Shown here: one piece after another, positions 56,983 through 64,000 of the stretch
How positions within the stretch are numbered: position 1 is the first letter of the stretch
How the letters are laid out: each line of letters starts with the position of its first letter
DNA from: Parcubacteria bacterium C7867-006
GTDB taxonomy: Bacteria; Patescibacteriota; Minisyncoccia; Phycocordibacterales; DATDWN01
Direction: 5' to 3'
Length of the DNA: 64,000 bases
Assembly (NCBI GenBank): GCA_001189155.1
Contig: LFCP01000001.1
Coordinates: 23,160 to 87,159, forward strand
Translations under genes and position numbers: made by a program
The notes under the pieces: model-generated
Database searches by the model: none
What the model was told of the DNA's origin: nothing
Seen by the model: only the letters and a program-made list of their open reading frames with translations

Positions 56983-57360
56983 ATGATACAACCAAGAACA
57001 ATAGTTAAAATAGCTGACAACACAGGAGCAAAGCTCGGAAGAATTTTCAAAGTGCTTGGAAGCTCAAAAAAGCGATACGCTAGTATCGGTGAATTGGTTG
57101 TACTTTCAGTTCAGAAGGCAGAGCCAAGAAAGTCTACAAAGAAAAAAGACGTAGTTTACGGTATTGTTGTTAGGCAAAAAGCTCCTTTCAGAAGAAAAGA
57201 TGGATCATACATTAGATTTGATGAGAATGCTGTTGTTATTGTAATGAAGGATGCAAAGAAAAAAGAGCCAGTTGCTGGACGTGTATTCGGTCCTATTCCA
57301 AGAGAGATTGGTGAAGTTGGATATCAGAAGATTATTTCTCTAGCACCAGAGGTAGTTTAA
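56983..57360 (+). CDS. rplN: 50S ribosomal protein L14
   Basis: MIQPRTIVKIADNTGAK... Confidence 0.95.
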   Translation: MIQPRTIVKIADNTGAKLGRIFKVLGSSKKRYASIGELVVLSVQKAEPRKSTKKKDVVYGIVVRQKAPFRRKDGSYIRFDENAVVIVMKDAKKKEPVAGRVFGPIPREIGEVGYQKIISLAPEVV

Positions 57361-57371
57361 TTTTTAAATAT

Positions 57372-57593
57372 ATGCACGTAAAGAAAGATGATAAAGTAAT
57401 AGTTCTAACAGGAAAAGACAAGGGAAAAACTGGTACAGTTATTAAGTCTATGCCAAAAGAGGGTAAGGTAGTAGTTTCTGGAGTAAACGTATTAAAGTCT
57501 CATCAGAAGCCTAGAAGAGGGGGGGAGAAGGGACAGATTGTAGAGAAGACTATGCCTATTAGTGCTTCAAATGTTAAGAAAGTAGGTAAGTAA
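57372..57593 (+). CDS. rplX: 50S ribosomal protein L24 (short form)
   Basis: MHVKKDDKVIVLTGKDKGKTG, KOW motif. Confidence 0.9.
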   Translation: MHVKKDDKVIVLTGKDKGKTGTVIKSMPKEGKVVVSGVNVLKSHQKPRRGGEKGQIVEKTMPISASNVKKVGK

Positions 57594-57608
57594 GATAAAT
57601 AAAACACC

Positions 57609-58157
57609 ATGGAATCAACAAAAACAAAAACAGCAGGTGCATTCGAGGCTTTGAAAAAAGATTTCGGATACAAAAATAAGATGCAGGCTCCAAAAATACA
57701 GAAGCTGGTTGTTTCTGCTGGTGTCGGTTCAATAAAAGATAAAAAGAAAATTGAATTAGTTGCAGATAGACTTTCAAAAATCACTGGACAAAAACCAGTT
57801 AAGAAAGGAGCAAAGGTTTCTATTGCATCATTTAAAACACGACAGGGTGATATTGTTGGAATGCAAGTTACTTTGCGAGGAGCTAGAATGTATGATTTCC
57901 TAGATAAGCTTATTCATGTTGCTATTCCTAGAACAAAGGACTTCCGAGGTATTTCTCCTACAGGAGTAGATGAGATGGGTAACTACACTATGGGTATAAA
58001 AGAAAATACTATTTTCCCAGAATGTTCAGATGAAGAGTTGAAAGATGTTTTCGGCCTAGCTATCACAGTAGTTACAAACATAAAGAATCCAAAGGAAACA
58101 AAAGCATTTCTAGACTATCTAGGATTTCCATTTAAAAAAGTAGAAGCAAAGAAGTAG
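57609..58157 (+). CDS. rplE: 50S ribosomal protein L5
   Basis: Canonical L5 sequence. Terminator aaaaaccgctcaattgagcggttttt at 58166-58193. Confidence 0.95.
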   Translation: MESTKTKTAGAFEALKKDFGYKNKMQAPKIQKLVVSAGVGSIKDKKKIELVADRLSKITGQKPVKKGAKVSIASFKTRQGDIVGMQVTLRGARMYDFLDKLIHVAIPRTKDFRGISPTGVDEMGNYTMGIKENTIFPECSDEELKDVFGLAITVVTNIKNPKETKAFLDYLGFPFKKVEAKK

Positions 58158-58269
58158 CATTAAGAAAAACCGCTCAATTGAGCGGTTTTTCTTTGGATTA
58201 CTAATGTTGACTTTTAATGGCTATTCTGATAACCTAAACCCAGCTTGAAAAAGCTTTTTTAATTACTTT

Positions 58270-58455
58270 ATGGCTAAGACATCAGTAAAAGCACGAGCAG
58301 CAAAGAAACCAAAGTTTAGTACAAAAGCTACTAATCGATGTTTTCGATGTGGCCGTGGAAGAGGATTCATGCGAGATTTCGGTCTTTGTAGAATCTGCTT
58401 TAGAGAGTTAGCTAATGAAGGTAAGATCCCAGGAATAAAAAAAAGTTCTTGGTAA
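58270..58455 (+). CDS. rpsZ: 30S ribosomal protein S14 type Z (zinc-binding)
   Basis: [23 protein letters not shown]. Confidence 0.9.
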   Translation: MAKTSVKARAAKKPKFSTKATNRCFRCGRGRGFMRDFGLCRICFRELANEGKIPGIKKSSW

Positions 58456-58525
58456 GATAAAAGAAGTCTAGGAAAGTCTAGAACCGCTAGGGGACAGAAA
58501 CTGCCGAGATATAATAACAAAACAA

Positions 58526-58915
58526 ATGCACGATCCAATCGCAGACATGATAGTTAGAATGAAAAACGCTTCTGATTCAAGAAAAGAGTCAGTTGTATTT
58601 CCTCATTCAAAATTAAAACTAGCAATTCTAGATGTTTTAATGAAAAATGGTTTCGTAAAATCATTTGGTAAAAAGGGTAAGAAGGTTGCAAAATTTATTG
58701 AGGTTGTGTTGTCATATGATGATAATGGACCAAAAATAACTGGAGTAGAAAGAGTCTCAAAAACTTCAAAGAGAGTTTACAGTAAATCAAAAGAAATTAG
58801 AAAAGTTAAAAATGGTCTAGGTTTACTTGTTATATCAACTCCAAAAGGCATTATGACAGACAAAGAAGCGAAAGCTGCAAATGTTGGAGGTGAAGCTCTA
58901 TTTAAGATCTGGTAA
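58526..58915 (+). CDS. rpsH: 30S ribosomal protein S8
   Basis: Canonical S8 sequence. Confidence 0.9.
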   Translation: MHDPIADMIVRMKNASDSRKESVVFPHSKLKLAILDVLMKNGFVKSFGKKGKKVAKFIEVVLSYDDNGPKITGVERVSKTSKRVYSKSKEIRKVKNGLGLLVISTPKGIMTDKEAKAANVGGEALFKIW

Positions 58916-58927
58916 TAATATAAATAT

Positions 58928-59461
58928 ATGTCACGAATCGGAAAAAAAATAATAGCAATACCAGCAGGAACAGAAGTCTCTTTCACTTCAGGTGTTTTGA
59001 CTGTAAAAGGTTCACAAGGAACTCTATCAAAAACTTTCAAGGGTGATATTTTGGTAAATATTGCTGATGGAAATGTAACATTATCTCCAAAAATAATGAA
59101 TCTTGAAAACAAAGCTCTTTGGGGAACATATGCTTCTCACGTTATGAATATGATAACTGGTGTTACAACTCCATTTACAAAGAAACTTATCCTAGAAGGT
59201 ATTGGATATAAGTCAGAGGTAAAAGGAACAAATCTCGTTTTGGCCCTAGGTTTCTCACACCCAGTTAATGTACCAATTCCAGAGGGATTGAAAGTTACAG
59301 CTGATAAAAACGTTATAACAGTTACAGGTATAGATAAAGAAGTAGTAGGTGAGTTCGCTGCATCTGTTAGAGCTCTAAAGAAACCAGAACCATATAAAGG
59401 TAAGGGTATGAGATATGATGGTGAGGTTATTAAGCGAAAGCAGGGTAAGAAGACTGCATAA
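58928..59461 (+). CDS. rplF: 50S ribosomal protein L6
   Basis: Canonical L6 sequence. Confidence 0.9.
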   Translation: MSRIGKKIIAIPAGTEVSFTSGVLTVKGSQGTLSKTFKGDILVNIADGNVTLSPKIMNLENKALWGTYASHVMNMITGVTTPFTKKLILEGIGYKSEVKGTNLVLALGFSHPVNVPIPEGLKVTADKNVITVTGIDKEVVGEFAASVRALKKPEPYKGKGMRYDGEVIKRKQGKKTA

Positions 59462-59475
59462 TAGAATCTAAAAAA

Positions 59476-59826
59476 ATGAAATCATTAAATTCAAAAGTAG
59501 CTAGTAGAACAAGAAGACACAAGAGAATCCGAGCAAAGATTTCAGGTACTTCTGACACACCTCGTCTTTCTGTTTTCAAATCTAACAAGCACATATCTGC
59601 TCAGCTTATTGATGACGTAAATGCAAAAACAATTGCTTCTGTGCACTCAAGAGATGTAAAAGGAAAGGGGATGATGGAAAAATCAACTAAAGTTGGAGAG
59701 GAGATTGCAAAGAAAGCTATTGCAAAAAATATAGATAAGGTTGTTTTTGATAGAGGAGGATTTATTTACACAGGGAATGTTAAGGCTTTAGCAGATGGTG
59801 CAAGAGCTGGAGGACTTAAGTTTTAA
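59476..59826 (+). CDS. rplR: 50S ribosomal protein L18
   Basis: Canonical L18 sequence. Confidence 0.9.
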   Translation: MKSLNSKVASRTRRHKRIRAKISGTSDTPRLSVFKSNKHISAQLIDDVNAKTIASVHSRDVKGKGMMEKSTKVGEEIAKKAIAKNIDKVVFDRGGFIYTGNVKALADGARAGGLKF

Positions 59827-59837
59827 TTAAAAATTAT

Positions 59838-60416
59838 ATGGAACCAATTGTTACAAAAACAGAAGAAGTAATAGCAGAGACTCTACCAGTAGAGACTGCT
59901 TCTCCTGCACAAGATAAACAAGGAAGAGAATTCAAAAAGAATTCACGAAAAGGAGCTCCAAGAAGAGAAGCTAGAGTTAAGCCTGAATTTGATCAAAAAA
60001 TAATTGATATCAGAAGAGTGACTCGTGTTGTTACTGGAGGACGAAGATTTTCTTTCTCAGTATCAGTTGTTATTGGAGACCGTAAAGGACGTGTTGGTGT
60101 TGGAATGGGTAAGGCAGGGGATACTCCTGTTGCTATTGATAAGGCTGTTAGAGATGCGCGAAAAAATATGATCAAAGTGAATCTAACAAAAAATTCTTCT
60201 GTTCCTCATGAAGCTGATGCAAAATACTCAAGTTCAAGGATATTGATTATGCGAGCTCCAGGTAAAGGAGTTTTGGCTGGATCTTCTGTTCGTGTAGTTT
60301 TGGAGCTTGCTGGAATAAAAGAAGTCAGTGCAAAAATATTCTCTAGAAGTAAAAACAAAATCAATAACGCAAAGGCTGCTATCAAAGCGCTAAGCAAAAT
60401 GAAAGCTGTTAAATAA
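59838..60416 (+). CDS. rpsE: 30S ribosomal protein S5
   Basis: Canonical S5 sequence, followed directly by L15 with no L30 gene between them. Confidence 0.9.
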   Translation: MEPIVTKTEEVIAETLPVETASPAQDKQGREFKKNSRKGAPRREARVKPEFDQKIIDIRRVTRVVTGGRRFSFSVSVVIGDRKGRVGVGMGKAGDTPVAIDKAVRDARKNMIKVNLTKNSSVPHEADAKYSSSRILIMRAPGKGVLAGSSVRVVLELAGIKEVSAKIFSRSKNKINNAKAAIKALSKMKAVK

Positions 60417-60437
60417 TATTGATTTAATAAAAAAGCC

Positions 60438-60878
60438 ATGCAAAATCATAATTTAAAAAGAAAAACAAAAAATAAGAAGCACCGACAGATGGGGCGAGGA
60501 GGAACTCGTGGTAAAACTTCTGGACGAGGTACAAAAGGACAGAATGCTAGAGCGGGTCACAAAAAGCGACCAGAAATCCGAGATTTCATCAAAAGAATTC
60601 CAAAGATGAGAGGACGAGGAAAAAATCTTAACACAGGTATTCAATCTAAATACTCAGTAGTTAATATTGGTCTTTTGAATAAACTATGTAAAAACGGTGA
60701 TACCATATCTCCAGAGACATTGGTAAAACACAATGTTCTATCTATGAACAAGGGTTCTCTTCCAAAGGTAAAAATTTTGGCAAAAGGAGAGCTAGATAAA
60801 AAACTATCTTTTGAAGGTTGTTTAGTTTCAGCTACTGCAAGAGTAGCTATTGAGAAAGCAGGTGGTAGTGTAAAATAA
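60438..60878 (+). CDS. rplO: 50S ribosomal protein L15
   Basis: Canonical L15 sequence. Confidence 0.9.
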   Translation: MQNHNLKRKTKNKKHRQMGRGGTRGKTSGRGTKGQNARAGHKKRPEIRDFIKRIPKMRGRGKNLNTGIQSKYSVVNIGLLNKLCKNGDTISPETLVKHNVLSMNKGSLPKVKILAKGELDKKLSFEGCLVSATARVAIEKAGGSVK

Positions 60879-60882
60879 TAAT

Positions 60883-62154
60883 ATGAAAGACTTCTTCAAT
60901 AAATTTTCTCTCGTCTTTGCTGATAAAATCCTAAGACGACGAATATTTTTCACACTTTTTGCTCTAGTAATATTTAGAGTTCTTGCTTCTATTCCAGTTC
61001 CAGGAGTTGATCATGGTAGACTAGCTCAGTTTTTCTCAAGCAACGAATTTTTCGGTCTACTTAATATTTTCTCTGGAGGAGGACTTTCACAACTTTCTAT
61101 TGTTATGCTAGGAGTTGGTCCTTATATTACTGGTTCAATCATAATGCAGCTTTTGACTATCATGTCTCCTAGATTAAAGGAGATGTATCAGGAAGAAGGG
61201 GAAGCAGGAAGAATGAAGTTTGCTCAATACTCAAGACTTATAACTGTGCCTTTAGCAGTGCTTCAGTCATTTAGCTTTATAAAACTTTTAGAAAGTCAGG
61301 GTGTAATAGCTCATTTGTCACCATTGGCTTTAATTACAAATATTTTAGTAATAACAGCAGGTTCAGTTCTACTTATGTGGATTGGAGAACTTATTTCTGA
61401 GTTTGGAATTGGTAATGGTATGAGTCTCATTATCTTCTCTGGTATTGTTGCTTCTCTACCAACAGAGATAAGTCAGTTAGCATTTGCTTTTGATGTATCA
61501 CAGATACCTGTTTATCTAGCTTTTGCGGCAGTCGCAGCTATTGTTATTGTTGCTGTAGTTGTTATTACAGAAGCCGAAAGACCAATACCGGTAACATATG
61601 CAAAGCAGGTTAGAGGAAATAGAGTTTATGGTGGAACTTCAACATATCTACCACTAAGAATAAATCAAGCTGGAGTTATTCCAATTATTTTTGCTTTGTC
61701 TATTCTTCTTTTCCCTCAGATGATTTTGAGATTTTTGCAGAATTCAAGTCACGCTATTGTAAAAACAGTTTCATCTGCAGTTTTGGGAGTTTTGGCTAAC
61801 AGCTGGTTCTATGCAATAGCATATTTCCTACTAGTATTTATATTCACATATTTCTATACAGCAGTTACTTTTGATCCAGATCAGATTGCAAACAACCTTC
61901 AGAAAAACGGAGCATTTATTCCAGGAGTTAGACCAGGAAAATCTACTTCAGAGCATATCGCTAGAATACTAACTAGACTTACTCTTGTCGGTGCGCTATT
62001 CCTAGGTTTCATCGCAGTTCTTCCGTTAATCATGAGAGGTGTTACAGGTATCACAGCTGTTTCAGTTGGAGGTACAGCTCTTCTTATCGTAGTTTCTGTA
62101 GTTATTGATTTGATTAAGCGAGTTGATGCTCAGGCTTCAATCCGAGAATATTAA
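60883..62154 (+). CDS. secY: Preprotein translocase subunit SecY
   Basis: 10-TM SecY; 423 aa. Terminator hairpin aaaaaacagtgtt...gacactgtttttt at 62196-62245. Confidence 0.95.
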   Translation: MKDFFNKFSLVFADKILRRRIFFTLFALVIFRVLASIPVPGVDHGRLAQFFSSNEFFGLLNIFSGGGLSQLSIVMLGVGPYITGSIIMQLLTIMSPRLKEMYQEEGEAGRMKFAQYSRLITVPLAVLQSFSFIKLLESQGVIAHLSPLALITNILVITAGSVLLMWIGELISEFGIGNGMSLIIFSGIVASLPTEISQLAFAFDVSQIPVYLAFAAVAAIVIVAVVVITEAERPIPVTYAKQVRGNRVYGGTSTYLPLRINQAGVIPIIFALSILLFPQMILRFLQNSSHAIVKTVSSAVLGVLANSWFYAIAYFLLVFIFTYFYTAVTFDPDQIANNLQKNGAFIPGVRPGKSTSEHIARILTRLTLVGALFLGFIAVLPLIMRGVTGITAVSVGGTALLIVVSVVIDLIKRVDAQASIREY

Positions 62155-62288
62155 TTAGTTTTTTGTTCTGTTTCGTTACATTGAATTTGTAGAAAAGAAA
62201 AAACAGTGTTGGAATATTAAATATTTTGACACTGTTTTTTCTTTTCTATAGACTGGCATAAGAGTTGTTAAAGAGAGGAGGCGATAAG

Positions 62289-62993
62289 GTGGCAGATTGG
62301 AAAAAGAGCAAACCTAGAAGAGACTGGAATGCTCCTCCGAAGAAGTACGCAGGCCTACCACCCCCTCCAAAAGAGGCTGTGGCTAGGTATGTCGAGATGC
62401 TCGACAAAATCCCCAGACCAGGAAGGGTCATTGATTGGGGGCTTAGGGAAGGTGACCAGTTGCTCGTGAGCTGGCTTCCTCCATACGTAGCTGATGGTTC
62501 TCCACAAGGTGATATAAGAGGGTGTCAGATCGCAGTTCTGCGAGACGGCAAGTATCTTCTTTGGAGCGCTCGGCTCCTAATGAAGGACCCAACTGAAACT
62601 TACCTTTGTGCTCCATACCTAACATCCAAGAAGGATGTCGGCCACTTTGTTGATCTCATTGCGCGACTCTCCGGTTACGCTTTGCAGGTGAATGTAGAGG
62701 CTACAACATCCTTCAGGGCTGTGCTGGTGGATTCTGGTAATGAAGTTAGTCGCCGTGTGGTTCGTGGCGACGAGCTTTACTACAGCTTCGCATCCAGAAT
62801 ATTCACTGTTTCTCGCTCTCACATGACAATTGATATGAACCTTTATCATCCAACTGACTCTGGTATTATCATTGAGGCTAGGACTCCATACCTCAATGCT
62901 ATTCACCATGGTGTTGCGCTGGTGCACTTGGCCGCTGAGGTCAACGGGTTCATGCCAAAGTGTGTGGGTAACAACAAGTACGTTTGTGTGTAG
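62289..62993 (+). CDS. Protein (about 234 aa) of unknown function in GC-rich mini-cassette E, inserted between secY and adk
   Basis: About 55% GC. AGGAGG SD 7 nt before a GTG start (62289). Upstream TTGACA-17-TAGACT embedded in the secY terminator. GC hairpin terminator ggccgcgacgatgttctcgtcgcggcc at 62997-63023. Confidence 0.5.
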   Translation: MADWKKSKPRRDWNAPPKKYAGLPPPPKEAVARYVEMLDKIPRPGRVIDWGLREGDQLLVSWLPPYVADGSPQGDIRGCQIAVLRDGKYLLWSARLLMKDPTETYLCAPYLTSKKDVGHFVDLIARLSGYALQVNVEATTSFRAVLVDSGNEVSRRVVRGDELYYSFASRIFTVSRSHMTIDMNLYHPTDSGIIIEARTPYLNAIHHGVALVHLAAEVNGFMPKCVGNNKYVCV

Positions 62994-63076
62994 TTAGGCC
63001 GCGACGATGTTCTCGTCGCGGCCGGCTTGTTTACATTATATGAGCAATATTTATATATTTTGGTATAATTCTTTTT

Positions 63077-63667
63077 ATGACACCACAAACTTTTATATTT
63101 ATAGGGCGTTCTGGATGCGGAAAGGGAACACAGGCGGCACTGATACAAGAATTAATAAAACAAAAAGATCCAACAGGCGAGGTGTCTTATATTGAAACAG
63201 GAGCTCAGTTCAGAGAGTTCATAAAAGGTTCTGGTTTCTCAAATAAACTTTCAAATAAAATATATGAGAATGGAGAAAGACAACCAGACTTTTTAGCTAT
63301 ATGGATGTGGGCGCATCTTCTTTTGGAAAAATTTAAAGGAACAGAGCATTTAGTTTTTGATGGAATAAATCGATCTTTAGCAGAAGCTATGGCTTTTACT
63401 ACTGCTTTAGAGTTTTATGGTAGACGGGCAACCATTGTTTTTATAAATGTTAGTAGAGAGTGGTCAAAAACAAGACTTTTGGAAAGAAAAAGATCAGATG
63501 ATATAAATCCCGCTGAAGTAGAAAAAAGATTGAATTGGTTTGATAGGGATTCAGCTCCCGCTATAGCTTATTTTAAGGTAAATGATAAATATGACCTTAT
63601 TCAGGTTGATGGTGAGAGGACTATTGAGGAAGTTCATGATGATATTGTGTCCAGAGTTAGTTGGTAG
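63077..63667 (+). CDS. adk: Adenylate kinase-like NMP kinase
   Basis: P-loop GRSGCGKGTQA; syntenic position after secY; 196 aa. Confidence 0.7.
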   Translation: MTPQTFIFIGRSGCGKGTQAALIQELIKQKDPTGEVSYIETGAQFREFIKGSGFSNKLSNKIYENGERQPDFLAIWMWAHLLLEKFKGTEHLVFDGINRSLAEAMAFTTALEFYGRRATIVFINVSREWSKTRLLERKRSDDINPAEVEKRLNWFDRDSAPAIAYFKVNDKYDLIQVDGERTIEEVHDDIVSRVSW

Positions 63668-63682
63668 TAGTATCAATCTATC

Positions 63683-64000
63683 GTGATTTATATAAAAACA
63701 CAGGAGGAAATAGCTATTCTAAGAGAGGGGGGAAAGCGCCATGCTTATATTCTTGCAGAAGTGGCAAAAAAAGTAGCTCCAGGAGTTTCAACACAACACT
63801 TAGAGGATTATGCCCAGAAACTTATTCATGAAGGTGGAGACACTGCGGCTTTTTTTAATTACACACCAAGAGGGGCAAAAAGACCATATCCAGCAGCTTT
63901 GTGTGTTTCAGTAAACAATGAAATTGTTCACGGTATTCCAAATGAAGACCCTATTATATTGCAAGATGGAGATGTAGTATCTCTGGATCTAGGTCTGGTC
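63683..64000 (+). CDS. map: Methionine aminopeptidase type I (5' part; continues beyond the window)
   Basis: IKTQEEIAILREGGKRHAYIL...PGVSTQHLEDYA...CVSVNNEIVHGIP...DGDVVSLDLG. GTG start. Truncated by the window edge. Confidence 0.7.
   Translation, partial: MIYIKTQEEIAILREGGKRHAYILAEVAKKVAPGVSTQHLEDYAQKLIHEGGDTAAFFNYTPRGAKRPYPAALCVSVNNEIVHGIPNEDPIILQDGDVVSLDLGLV

Noticed and set aside
1-64000. CRISPR arrays, rRNA genes, transposase/IS elements
   Set aside because: No regularly spaced direct repeats, no 16S/23S/5S signatures and no transposase-like ORFs were found on either strand.

Overview
AT-rich (~33% GC) bacterial chromosome segment whose gene content and style look like a Candidate Phyla Radiation / Patescibacteria genome (inference from the features below; no search was run). 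Host genes lack Shine-Dalgarno (SD) sequences. tRNA genes do not encode CCA, and a CCA-adding enzyme is present. L30 is absent between S5 and L15. The trigger factor has no PPIase domain, and many proteins carry Lys-rich insertions. Coding content falls into six blocks: (1) ksgA, pcrA/uvrD, a LysM-M23 peptidase, yifB/comM, a NYN-domain protein and rpsO; (2) xerC/D, xth and cca, followed by a tRNA cluster (Arg-TCG, Gly-GCC, Pro-TGG, Gly-TCC) with several tRNA fragments and direct repeats, yraN, an RNHCP protein and an S1 protease; (3) hup, rny, clpP, rsmE, tig, ppa and nusA; (4) a type IV pilus locus (pilB, pilC, three prepilins, a large tip-like protein), tpiA, pgk, a HIT protein, recJ, rnhA, a split comEC with sodA between the parts, rpmB and an M50 protease; (5) the str operon (rpsL-rpsG-fusA-tuf) interrupted by a 1047-aa membrane protein; (6) the S10/spc operons through secY, adk and the start of map. 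The most unusual signal is five compositionally foreign GC-rich (~50-60% GC) mini-cassettes dispersed among housekeeping genes. Each is built the same way: a consensus sigma70 promoter, a strong GGAGG SD, a small ORF of unknown function, then a GC-rich stem-loop terminator. Other non-standard features are: a dispersed, structurally covarying ~110-130-nt hairpin repeat (two copies); several GC-rich structured non-coding elements that are candidates for SRP/6S/regulatory RNAs; attachment-site-like direct repeats of tRNA ends; duplicated terminator-promoter modules that segment the ribosomal operon; and a UbiA-like gene at the window start broken by frameshifts.
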